A DNA stretch of 64,000 nucleotides, from contig DATKZF010000001.1 of assembly GCA_035528115.1 (NCBI GenBank), positions 28,508 through 92,507 of the forward strand. The letters run 5' to 3'. Under the pieces are notes generated by a model. The model searched no databases and was not told the origin of the DNA. It was given only the letters and a program-made list of their open reading frames with translations. This DNA is from Candidatus Bipolaricaulota bacterium. GTDB lineage: Bacteria > Patescibacteriota > Patescibacteriia > UBA11705 > DATKZF01. Positions within the stretch are counted from its first letter, which is position 1, and each line of letters opens with the position of its first letter. Position numbers and translations under genes: made by a program. Shown here piece after piece: positions 28,305 to 37,115 of the stretch.

Positions 28305-28464
28305 ATGATGTTAAATAGAATTTGTTTCCGATGTAACCCGCTCCATGACCGAGCCCCGCCCTGAGCGAGCCGAGCTTGCGAGGGGAGTCTAAGGGTACCG
28401 CGGAATGATTTTAAATAGAATTTGTTTCCGATAAAACCCTATCCATGACTGAGCCCGGCGGAAT
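28296..28464. repeat. About 60-bp direct repeat of the tRNA-Asn 5' end plus leader, with a palindromic insert
   Basis: taccgcggaatgat.ttaaatagaatttgtttccgat...tccatgac.gagccc at 28296-28356 and 28396-28456. Insert at about 28355-28395. Confidence 0.8.
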
Positions 28465-28636
28465 AAATTCAATTTTGTCCGATTATCCGACTTGAAGCTT
28501 GGCGGATAATTGTGACAAAAATATAATATCAAGGAAAAAGCGATTTGTCAATATATATGCCCGTTTAAATTTGGTCGGATTGTAAAAAAAATCGCGATAT
28601 TATATAATATTCGCAGAATAACCATAATCAAATTTT

Positions 28637-29590
28637 ATGCAAATGAAAAACAATAAAACCAAGAAAAAAGAAAACAAATCCCCATTAATCATTTTGCTGA
28701 TTTTGATCTTACTGCTTTTATCCGCTGTTGTATTTTTACTGTTGAGAGGCCGGGAAGACGCTTGGATTTGCGAAAACGATCAATGGGTCAAACACGGCAA
28801 TCCGACGGCCGACAAGCCGTCTTACGATTGCGGGATTTTGGAAAAGTTTCCGGTCGAGCCGGCATCCAATGAGATTCAAGTGTTTTCTCCCACAATAAAT
28901 CAAGTGATTACCAGTCCTCTGGAGATTTCGGGCAAGGCGACCGGCAGTTGGTTTTTTGAAGCCAGTTTTCCAGTGGAATTGCTGGATGGCGACGGCAAGC
29001 TTTTGGCCAGCGGTATAGTGTCCACGCAGGACAGATGGATGACCAAGGATTTGGTGCCGTTCACGGGCAGTTTGGAATTCGATCCCGGGAAGGCTGACGG
29101 TGGCATGTTGGTTTTAAGGCGCGACAATCCTTCGGGGTTGCCGGAAAACGATAAGGCGATAATCGTGCCGGTAAGATTCGAACAAGTCGAATCCGAAGAG
29201 GAAAAAACCAACGTCAAGGTTTTTTTCAACAACAGTATATTGGATCCCGAGATATCGTGCGTCAATGTTTTTTCCATTAATCGCGAAATAGAAAAGACGC
29301 CGACAGTGGCCAAAGCGGCCATTGAAGAATTGCTCAAGGGCCCGACTGAAGCTGAAAAAGCGGACGGTTACAATACCAGCATCACCCGAGGAGTGAAGTT
29401 GAACTCCATCACCATTCAAAACGGCACGGCTTTCGTTGATTTTGATGAAAAATTGGAAGCGCAAACCGGCGGATCCTGCCGCGTTGGGGCTATTACTTCA
29501 CAAATAACAGAAACGCTTAAACAATTTTCCAGCGTGCAAAGCGTGGTTATTTCCATCAATGGCAGAACCGAGGACATTTTGCAGCCGTAA
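28637..29590 (+). CDS. Membrane-anchored Gmad2 Ig-like plus GerMN domain protein
   Basis: N-terminal TM, WFFEASFPV, DNPSG, AIEELLKGPT, GGSCRV and ITETLKQF. Confidence 0.85.
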   Translation: MQMKNNKTKKKENKSPLIILLILILLLLSAVVFLLLRGREDAWICENDQWVKHGNPTADKPSYDCGILEKFPVEPASNEIQVFSPTINQVITSPLEISGKATGSWFFEASFPVELLDGDGKLLASGIVSTQDRWMTKDLVPFTGSLEFDPGKADGGMLVLRRDNPSGLPENDKAIIVPVRFEQVESEEEKTNVKVFFNNSILDPEISCVNVFSINREIEKTPTVAKAAIEELLKGPTEAEKADGYNTSITRGVKLNSITIQNGTAFVDFDEKLEAQTGGSCRVGAITSQITETLKQFSSVQSVVISINGRTEDILQP

Positions 29591-29648
29591 TAAATAAAAA
29601 TGTTTTGAAAACCGCTGTTTGAATTTTTTTTCAAGGCGGTTTTTTTTA

Positions 29649-29738
29649 TGGCGCGGTCGGCGGCGTATTCGCCGCCGATGTAGAGACGCGCCGCGGCGCG
29701 TCTCTACACGCGGTCGGGATCGCCCGCGGTCGCGCCAT
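29649..29738. repeat. GTAG-tagged REP-like palindrome within a GC-rich hairpin cluster
   Basis: Perfect 30-bp palindrome tgtagagacgcgccgcggcgcgtctctaca at 29679-29708, with flanking hairpins. Confidence 0.7.
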
Positions 29739-29804
29739 TGTGAATAACATTTTTAAAAAAATGTCATTCATTGCTATAATGAATTCATTGAATTAATAAA
29801 AAAT

Positions 29805-30896
29805 ATGAAAAAAACAGCAATACTATTGATCGCCGCTTTATTTGTTTTTGGATCGGCGCATGGCGTAGTGGCCGAAAATTACGATTTTGTTTCTAGTAAT
29901 ATCTGGGTTTCGGAAACCGCGCCGCTGGAAGGGGATATTTTGAAAATTTCTTCCGTGGTAATAAATGACGGAGATAGAAGATTCAATGGCGATTTGGTGT
30001 TTTTGGACAATGATCAGCTAATCAGTTCGCAAATCGCGTTTTCGCTCGGCGCCGGAGAGTCCAGCAAGGTTTTGACCACGAGCTGGACGGCCGTTCGCGG
30101 GGAGCATAGATTCAAAGCGGAAATTAGAGATGCTTATTTTATAAATGAAGAAGGACTCAATGAAGCGATTGACGGTACTTTTTTCAGTCAGGTGACGGAC
30201 GTGATTTACGTTGACGTTGACAGCGATGCCGATGGTCTGCCCGATTTGGAGGAAGAAGAGCAGGGAACGGACCCGACGAATCCGGACACGGACGGAGACA
30301 CCGAAAACGACGGGGATGATCCCAATCCGACAAATCCGCAAGTTTTCAACGGTCCCGATACGGACGGCGACGGCATTATAGATACCTTGGATACGGATAT
30401 TGATAATGACGGTTTGTATAATTGGGATGAAGATGATAGCGGTACCGATCCGAAAGAATACGATACGGACGGAGACGGCTATAGTGACAAAGAAGACTCT
30501 TTTCCACTCGATTCTAAAAAATGGAAAGAAGAAGTGAAAGTGGCGGTGGTTGAAAAAAAAGATGATTCCAAGTCGGACGACAAAGAAACAAAAAAAGTGA
30601 AAGATGCTTTGGCGGATGACTCGGATTTGGCCAGTTCGGATCAAGTTTTTGACAGCGTGAGCGATTTTTTCGCCAATCAAAAAAATAACGATAAAAACGT
30701 TGAAAATACGGAAGCTGAAAATTCCGGTGACGCTAGTAATTTTGACAAAGCGGGCAAAGGCTATTTGGCCAGTCTGACCAAACGCGACAATTTATTGAAA
30801 TTGGCTTTGATTCCTTTGATTTTGATGTCCGCGATCATCGCCAGACAGCTGGTTAGAAAACCCAAATCAAAAAATAAGGACAATGATCAGGTTTAA
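29805..30896 (+). CDS. Surface protein: CARDB/Ig-like domain, DxDxDG Ca-binding (TSP3-like) repeats and a C-terminal TM anchor
   Basis: Signal peptide; DSDADG, DTDGD and DIDNDG repeats; hydrophobic then basic C-terminus. Confidence 0.8.
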   Translation: MKKTAILLIAALFVFGSAHGVVAENYDFVSSNIWVSETAPLEGDILKISSVVINDGDRRFNGDLVFLDNDQLISSQIAFSLGAGESSKVLTTSWTAVRGEHRFKAEIRDAYFINEEGLNEAIDGTFFSQVTDVIYVDVDSDADGLPDLEEEEQGTDPTNPDTDGDTENDGDDPNPTNPQVFNGPDTDGDGIIDTLDTDIDNDGLYNWDEDDSGTDPKEYDTDGDGYSDKEDSFPLDSKKWKEEVKVAVVEKKDDSKSDDKETKKVKDALADDSDLASSDQVFDSVSDFFANQKNNDKNVENTEAENSGDASNFDKAGKGYLASLTKRDNLLKLALIPLILMSAIIARQLVRKPKSKNKDNDQV

Positions 30897-30977
30897 AAGA
30901 TCTTGTATATTGTAAAAAATGCCGGCCCTGCCCGGGATTTTTTATTAAATATTTGTTATAATGACAATATAATTTGA

Positions 30978-31538
30978 ATGCGCATGAAAAGGAAATATTT
31001 AAAATTTTTAATTATCATGACCTTGCTAATCGCTTGGAGCGTTTTTATTTACTTTGTCGATCCGGTTAAAATTATCGATTTGATCGGCGTGCAAAACTCT
31101 TATATTTTCGGCTTTTTGATTTCCGTCTTCGGAGGTTTAACCACCTTCACCGCCACTTCTTTTATCGCCACTCTGGTTACCCTGGCGCTTGGCGGGGTGA
31201 ACCCTTGGCTTTTGGGACTTTTTGCCGGGCTGGGACTGGCGATAAGCGATAGCGTGTTTTATTACTTCGGCAAAAAGGGCAGTGAAGTCATTTCGAAAAA
31301 AACCGAAAAAAGACTGAGCAAATTTTTTGCATGGTTGAAAAAGCAGCCGGAATGGCTTATCCAAATATTGGTTTTTCTATATATCGGTTTTACTCCATTG
31401 CCCAATGACATCGTGACCATCTCGCTATCTTTCAGCCGTTTTCCGTATAAAAAATTCATTATCCCGGTATTTTTTGGGGACTTGACGTTTGCCACGTTGG
31501 TTTCGGTCGCGGCCAGCTTCGGTTATCACGTTTATTGA
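30978..31538 (+). CDS. DedA/VTT-like membrane protein
   Basis: GLAISDSVFYYFG and FTPLPND motifs, multi-pass. Confidence 0.75.
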   Translation: MRMKRKYLKFLIIMTLLIAWSVFIYFVDPVKIIDLIGVQNSYIFGFLISVFGGLTTFTATSFIATLVTLALGGVNPWLLGLFAGLGLAISDSVFYYFGKKGSEVISKKTEKRLSKFFAWLKKQPEWLIQILVFLYIGFTPLPNDIVTISLSFSRFPYKKFIIPVFFGDLTFATLVSVAASFGYHVY

Positions 31539-31580
31539 TTTAAAAAAGAGATAGAGTTTGCTATAATTCAAACATAATTT

Positions 31581-32444
31581 ATGAGAGAGCAATTATTGAT
31601 AATGCCTTTTGATCACCGGTCATCATTGATCAGGGATTCGATAGGCGTCAAAACCAATGTTGCCGTCCAAAAGGCCACTTTAAAGCTTTTTAAAGAAATC
31701 ATTTACGCGGCTTTTTTGATTGTTCAAAAAAAATATCCCCGAAAAAATGACTTGGCGATTTTGGTTGATGAAAAATATGGAGCAGCTATCCTGAAAGATG
31801 CCAAAAAAAGAAAGATAAAAATTTGCTATACCGTTGAAAAAAGCGGAGGCAAGGAGCTGGCTTTCGAATATGGCAATTCATTCGGCGCCCATATCGCAAA
31901 ATTCCAGCCTGATTTTGTAAAAGTTTTGGTCAGATACAATCCTTCGAATAAAGAAATCAACAAGAGGCAGTTGAAAAAGTTGAAGCGACTCGGAGAGTTT
32001 TGCGAAAAGAAAAATTATAGATTATTATTGGAATTGCTGGTGCCGCCGACGAAAAATGATTTGGCAATTGCCGGTTCACTCGCGGCGTTTGATAAAAATT
32101 ATCGCATAAAAAAGACGGTCGACGCGATCGGAGAAATAAAAAAGGCCGTAAAAGTGGATGTTTGGAAAATGGAAGGCTTTGATAAGTCGAATTGGCGAAA
32201 GATTTTCAAGGTTGTGCCCGAATATTCCAAAATTATCGTTTTGGGCAGAGGAGAAAATGAAAAGAACGTGATGAAATGGATTATGGACGCCAAAATATTT
32301 TCCAAAATAATAGGTTTCGCCGTCGGCCGGACTATTTTTCTCAAACCTTTGCTCGAATACCATAAAAAACGGGTATCGAAAAAGCGAGCTGAGGAACTGA
32401 TCGCGGCCGATTTTTCAAAATTCGTGAAGTTGTGGAATTCATAA
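31581..32444 (+). CDS. DUF2090 (IolC-associated aldolase-like TIM barrel) protein
   Basis: PFDHRS, LVDEKYG, VEKSG, KVLVRYNP, WKMEG, VLGRG and GFAVGRTIF. Confidence 0.85.
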   Translation: MREQLLIMPFDHRSSLIRDSIGVKTNVAVQKATLKLFKEIIYAAFLIVQKKYPRKNDLAILVDEKYGAAILKDAKKRKIKICYTVEKSGGKELAFEYGNSFGAHIAKFQPDFVKVLVRYNPSNKEINKRQLKKLKRLGEFCEKKNYRLLLELLVPPTKNDLAIAGSLAAFDKNYRIKKTVDAIGEIKKAVKVDVWKMEGFDKSNWRKIFKVVPEYSKIIVLGRGENEKNVMKWIMDAKIFSKIIGFAVGRTIFLKPLLEYHKKRVSKKRAEELIAADFSKFVKLWNS

Positions 32445-32473
32445 TATTAAATAATAATTAATTTTAGAAAATT

Positions 32474-32902
32474 ATGAAAAAGAAAATTTTCACCGTTGCT
32501 TTGGCGATGATGACAATGGCTGTTTTGGCGGGATGCGGCGCCGTGTATTCGACAGGGGAAGTCTTGGAAGCCAAAATGTGCGTGGCCGCCGATAGAGAAG
32601 GCCTTTTATGCACACGCGATTTGGCCAGCTTTTACGCGGACACGGACGTAATTTACGCCACCGCCATCTTGGCCAACGTTCCGAGCGGCACCAAAGCCAC
32701 GGGCACTTGGTACTATTTCGATCCAGAACAAGGAGTTACGACCATCGGTTCCTACATTTTGGAATCGGAGGAAATCAATTCCGATCTCGCGTATTCTCTT
32801 TCCAAACCGACCAATGGCTGGCCGGCCGGTAATTATCAGGTGGAAATCGCGGTCGATGGATACCCGGATATAACGGTTTATAAGGATTTTTCGATTCAAT
32901 AA
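32474..32902 (+). CDS. Putative lipoprotein with Ig-like domain
   Basis: LAGC lipobox and a GWPAGNYQVEI beta-sandwich motif. Confidence 0.7.
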   Translation: MKKKIFTVALAMMTMAVLAGCGAVYSTGEVLEAKMCVAADREGLLCTRDLASFYADTDVIYATAILANVPSGTKATGTWYYFDPEQGVTTIGSYILESEEINSDLAYSLSKPTNGWPAGNYQVEIAVDGYPDITVYKDFSIQ

Positions 32903-32972
32903 ATTTTGAATTTCTAGGTTGATGGCGCCTTTTGCCGCGAATTTCGTTTTGCGGCAAAAGGCGTTTGGATAT

Positions 32973-33749
32973 ATGAAGCAATCTCCTATCGAAAGCAAAG
33001 ATAACGAGCGGATCAGATTTTTGAGAAAATTGACTTACAAAAAACACAGAGAGAAGTTCGGTCGTTTTTTTGTTGAAAACATCAAAATTATTCATGACGC
33101 GGCGAAAAATGGAATTTTTCCGGAAAGCGTTTTTTGCACGGAAAATTTTTTTGATCGACATAAAAAAGAAATTGAGTTCGTCATTCAAAAAGCAGGTGAT
33201 GAAAATTTGTGTTTTATCGGCGACAAAGTCAATAAATCTTTCAGTGAATTAACCACGCCGTCCGGCGTGGCCGTGATTTATGTCATACCGGAATTTCAAA
33301 TCAAGGAAAACAAGCCGGTTGTTTATCTGAACGGCATAAATGATCCGGGTAATCTGGGAACGATAATCAGGTCGGCCGCGGCTTTTGATTTTGGCAACTT
33401 AATATTGGATGAATTATGCGCCGACGCTTTTAATTATAAAACCGTTAATGCCTCAAAAGACGCCATTTTTAAAGTGAACATCGCTTATGACGAGAATTTG
33501 AAGAAAATAAAACAATTGAAAAAGAAAATGAGTATTTATTCAACGGCGATTAAATCGGGGGAAGACGCGGCCAAGATAAAAAAGGGCAAGGCGTTTTGTT
33601 TGGTTTTCGGCAGCGAAGCCAGGGGAGTGGATGATAAGATTTTGAAATTATCCGACGGCTTGATCAATATAAAAACAAACGGACAGGTGGAATCTCTGAA
33701 CGTGGCCTGCGCGGCTTCGATTATTTTTTCCAAATTATATAAAGGGTGA
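32973..33749 (+). CDS. TrmH/SpoU-family RNA methyltransferase
   Basis: DPGNLGTIIRSA, FGSEARG and ESLNVA. Confidence 0.92.
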   Translation: MKQSPIESKDNERIRFLRKLTYKKHREKFGRFFVENIKIIHDAAKNGIFPESVFCTENFFDRHKKEIEFVIQKAGDENLCFIGDKVNKSFSELTTPSGVAVIYVIPEFQIKENKPVVYLNGINDPGNLGTIIRSAAAFDFGNLILDELCADAFNYKTVNASKDAIFKVNIAYDENLKKIKQLKKKMSIYSTAIKSGEDAAKIKKGKAFCLVFGSEARGVDDKILKLSDGLINIKTNGQVESLNVACAASIIFSKLYKG

Positions 33750-33815
33750 CAAACGGTAAAAGTTGAAATTTTTTAAAATAAAAAAGCCCCTTTGTTCGGG
33801 GCGTTTTTTATAAGA

Positions 33816-33980
33816 TTAAAATCTATTCGTTTTTCTTTGTTGGTGACAATCTTTGCAGAAAATAGGTCTGTCGCCATCCGGTTTAAACGGCAATTCCGTG
33901 ATTTCTTTACCGCAGCCGGAACAAGTCCAGTTGCCTTGAACCATCGGTCTTTGGGCGCCGAAATTTTGTCGGTCTTCCAT
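33816..33980 (-). CDS. Small CxxC-x17/18-CxxC zinc-ribbon protein (54 aa, not in the ORF track)
   Basis: Manual translation: MEDRQNFGAQRPMVQGNWTCSGCGKEITELPFKPDGDRPIFCKDCHQQRKTNRF*. Confidence 0.8.
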   Translation of the reverse strand: MEDRQNFGAQRPMVQGNWTCSGCGKEITELPFKPDGDRPIFCKDCHQQRKTNRF

Positions 33981-34157
33981 GTGATTTGTTGTTTTGAAAC
34001 TTTACGATTTAATCGCTCTTATGAAGGCTAATAAAATTGTAAGTTTTAACAAAACTTTTAATTATTATGAGGCCATTTTATCATGTTTTTAATAATTTGT
34101 CAATATGCGCCTTGATTTTGGGTGTTTTATTTCTAAAATGTTTGTCATAATAAAGAC

Positions 34158-35408
34158 ATGACTGAAATATTATCAAAATGCAAAATTAAAGAATTTGACC
34201 TGCTTTTAGCTGAAAAAAAGAACGTTTTGGCTCTCGGACCCGAATCGGCGGGTAATTTCTCCGTTTATATCAACGGAAAAGTTTATTATTGCTCAGATTT
34301 TGGCGATTTATTGGAGGAAGAGCGTTTTGATGTCTATAAAAAGGCTTTATTTGAGCTTATTGATAGAAATAACCTGATTCCCGATATTATTCGCGTTGAC
34401 CTTCATCCGGCCTATAAAACCTCAAAATTGGGCGAAGAATTGGCTCTTAAATTCAACTGCCGCCTGGAAAGAGTCCAGCACCATATAGCGCACGTTTATT
34501 CGGCTGTATTTGATCAATTTGCGGGCTACGAATCTACCAAAGATTTACCAATCCTGCGAAAACAAGGAGAATACGAATCTACGAATACTTTACGAATACG
34601 ACGAAAGCATGGAGATATGACTCTACCGACAAAATTTTTAGGCATAGCCTGCGACGGCACCGGCCTTGGGTTGGACGGCAAAATATGGGGAGGAGAAGTA
34701 TTTCAATATCAAATATCAAATATTAAAAATAAACTAACGCGAATCGGGCATCTTGAAAACCAGTTGCTGTGCGGAGGCGACGCGGCCATTAAAGAGCCGG
34801 CTCGAATGCTACTTTCCATACTTTTAAATATAAAAAAGCCGGCTGAGGTTTGGCCGATTTTTAGCGCATTTTACACCGAACAACAATTTGATACATTGGT
34901 AAAAATGCGTGAACAAAAATTTAATTCACTGGAGACTTCAAGCGCGGGTAGGGTGCTGGACGCGGTTTCGGTTTTGCTCGGATTTTGCGGCAATGAGAGA
35001 AAATACAAGCATGAGCCCATTGACTTGCTGGAGAAAAATTCAACGCAGCCTTTTGAGCTGGAGCCTGTGATAACTGAAGAACAAAGAAACAAAGAAACCG
35101 AGGAACAATGGAGCAATGGAGCAATGAAGCAATATGTCCTTAACACCTCTTATTTATTTGAATGGTTGCTTGAGAATTTAGATAAAGATAAGGGCAGACT
35201 GGCGGCGACAGTTCAAAAATATATTATCGAAGGCTTGATTGAGATAGCCAAAAGAACTGATCCGAATTTGCCGATTTATTTTAGCGGTGGAATGGCCAAT
35301 AATCGAATTATGAGTCAAATTGCCATGAATAATGGCTTAATCATGGCTGAAAACATCGATCGGGGAGACAATGCCTTGAGTTTGGGGCAGTTGACTTTAT
35401 TTTTGTAA
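34158..35408 (+). CDS. hypF: HypF carbamoyltransferase, C-terminal Kae1-like region only
   Basis: DLHPAY, QHHIAH, DGTGLG.DG.IWGGE, TSSAGRVLDAVS, SGG and GDNALSLGQ. No acylphosphatase, Zn-finger or YrdC domain. Confidence 0.85.
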   Translation: MTEILSKCKIKEFDLLLAEKKNVLALGPESAGNFSVYINGKVYYCSDFGDLLEEERFDVYKKALFELIDRNNLIPDIIRVDLHPAYKTSKLGEELALKFNCRLERVQHHIAHVYSAVFDQFAGYESTKDLPILRKQGEYESTNTLRIRRKHGDMTLPTKFLGIACDGTGLGLDGKIWGGEVFQYQISNIKNKLTRIGHLENQLLCGGDAAIKEPARMLLSILLNIKKPAEVWPIFSAFYTEQQFDTLVKMREQKFNSLETSSAGRVLDAVSVLLGFCGNERKYKHEPIDLLEKNSTQPFELEPVITEEQRNKETEEQWSNGAMKQYVLNTSYLFEWLLENLDKDKGRLAATVQKYIIEGLIEIAKRTDPNLPIYFSGGMANNRIMSQIAMNNGLIMAENIDRGDNALSLGQLTLFL

Positions 35409-35444
35409 AATTATAATATTCGCTTTCAACAAAGGAGGGCGATC

Positions 35445-35681
35445 ATGAAGTTTCTGGCGGCATTGCTGGCCATGCTCACCATATATTCCGGATGGCAGGC
35501 GACCAAAAACATCATATTTCTTTTCGGCGCGGTCAAGGACCGTGAAAGGTATGAAGAACTTCGAAGTACTGTCCATGGTCCGTTCGCATTGGTGGAGTCC
35601 TACGTCATTTTGCCAGTCAGCGTTTGTCTGATATTTTTCTTTATGACGCTTTTGGCGGCGGGAATCGCTCTGGAAACATAG
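35445..35681 (+). CDS. Small two-TM hypothetical protein (solo cassette)
   Basis: TTGACT-17-TAATAT, AAGGAGG SD and a downstream hairpin. Confidence 0.6.
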   Translation: MKFLAALLAMLTIYSGWQATKNIIFLFGAVKDRERYEELRSTVHGPFALVESYVILPVSVCLIFFFMTLLAAGIALET

Positions 35682-35749
35682 CCCGTTCGGATCATTTCGC
35701 GCGGGTTTTAAATTTGACAGATATTGGTAAATTAATTAAGTTTAAATAC

Positions 35750-35885
35750 GACGGGTGACGCGCGTAAAGTTCAAGAGTTTGGACCCGACGTCACCTGAAT
35801 TAGCATCACCTGATGCCACCGACGTGCCGCGCGTCACCCGTCATCTTCTCTTGCTCCTCCCCACGTGGCGGAGCATTCTTTTTTA
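35750..35885 (+). ncRNA. Candidate structured small RNA of unknown family
   Basis: TTGACA-17-TAAGTT promoter at 35714-35742. A 15-bp closing stem gacgggtgacgcgcg/cgcgcgtcacccgtc encloses internal hairpins, followed by a terminator-like hairpin and T-tract. Confidence 0.55.
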
Positions 35886-35965
35886 AAGAAAAAATCAAGG
35901 ATTGACTTAATTATGCAAAATTGCTTAAATATTATATTAACGGGTGAAAACAGAGGAGGACGGTC

Positions 35966-36223
35966 ATGACCTTGAATGAGGTTTATCTTAAATACCAGGT
36001 GGAAAAAGAAATTAGGGAATTCGCTGATTGTTCGCGAGCCTGGCTGCGCAAGGTTGGCTTGGCCATCAAAAGAGTGGTCGCGGCAATCATGAAGGAACGT
36101 CGCATCAGTTTTGAGGAAGTAAAGCGGCTACCAGGCAATACGATTCTGGGGCCAATCTCCGAAGCGGCGGCCAACGAGTTCTTCGCCTTGCTGGCCACGG
36201 GTAGCGAGTGGCGGAACAAATGA
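35966..36223 (+). CDS. Small hypothetical protein (solo cassette)
   Basis: TTGACT promoter at 35902, GAGGAGG SD and an aacccgc..gcgggttttt terminator. Confidence 0.6.
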   Translation: MTLNEVYLKYQVEKEIREFADCSRAWLRKVGLAIKRVVAAIMKERRISFEEVKRLPGNTILGPISEAAANEFFALLATGSEWRNK

Positions 36224-36261
36224 TTCAACCCGCGGATGAACGTATCTTGCGGGTTTTTAAA

Positions 36262-37110
36262 TTAGTGATTAATAACTTTTCGCATTAATTCATTTACGAA
36301 CTGAAAATTACCATCGCCGGTCAAAACAACGTCAAAATTTTCGTCAAACGCTTTTTTCATCGCCGTGTTTTCAATATTAAGAAAACCCAAAGAAATCATG
36401 TTTTTATAATAAAATCCTTTGACCATGCCCGGATCTCCGAGAGAGTCCCCGAGCAAAATGACATTGGGACGGTTTTTAATCTTTTCAAAAACCGACGGAA
36501 TTTCTTTCAAGACCGTTTCGTCTTTATTTAAACTGTGAATGATCGGCTCGAGCGGACGCAAGGCTTTGCCGTTTTGATCCCACTCGAATTTATTGGTCAC
36601 CTAATAAATATTCGGGAAATTCAATTTATTTTTTTCGAAGAATATGGGAATGGCGTCTCCGCAGCCGCTGGCGGACATTATAATCAAAGGAATGTTTTTT
36701 TCATTGAGCAGAGTCAGAAATTCCATCGCGCCGTCTCGAAACTTCAAATGTCCGTTGGCCACGATATCCGCCAAATCGTTTTTTGACAGTCCGGATTCAA
36801 TCAGCAGACGGTCGTGTTTGTCCCACCATTGCCGCATTGCCGTTTTCTTTTCGTTGATTGAAATACTTAGATCAAGTTCAATCGGATGATAATGATCGAA
36901 CAGTGCGTGAGCTTTGGCCGCGTAATCTTCGGTCAGATGTTTGCCGTCGCGCAGCATTGAAATAATGGAAGGAGTTTTGACCCCGTCAATTGTGCCATAA
37001 GTCAGGGTGCCGTCGAAGTCCGATAAAAAGTGTAATCCATTCGCGCCATCCATTTGAATGGATTTTTTTAATTGTTCGAATTTTGTGGGATTTTGAATGG
37101 ATATTTGCAT
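36262..37110 (-). pseudogene. Pyrimidine 5'-nucleotidase (UMPH-1/NT5C3-like HAD) with one in-frame TAG
   Basis: DFDGTLT, WWDKH, SASG, IIHSLNK and LLGDSLGD. The two ORFs are in one frame, separated only by TAG at 36601-36603. Confidence 0.8.
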
Positions 37111-37115
37111 AAAAT

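Noticed and set aside
35750-35842. Assignment as 6S RNA, SRP RNA or hammerhead ribozyme
   Set aside because: It is too short for a typical 6S, lacks the SRP GGAA-loop motif and has no CUGANGA/GAAA core. Kept as an unknown ncRNA candidate.
36601-36603. Genome-wide amber recoding or pyrrolysine
   Set aside because: It is a single case. TAG terminates other genes normally (16676, 47546) and no pyl genes are present.
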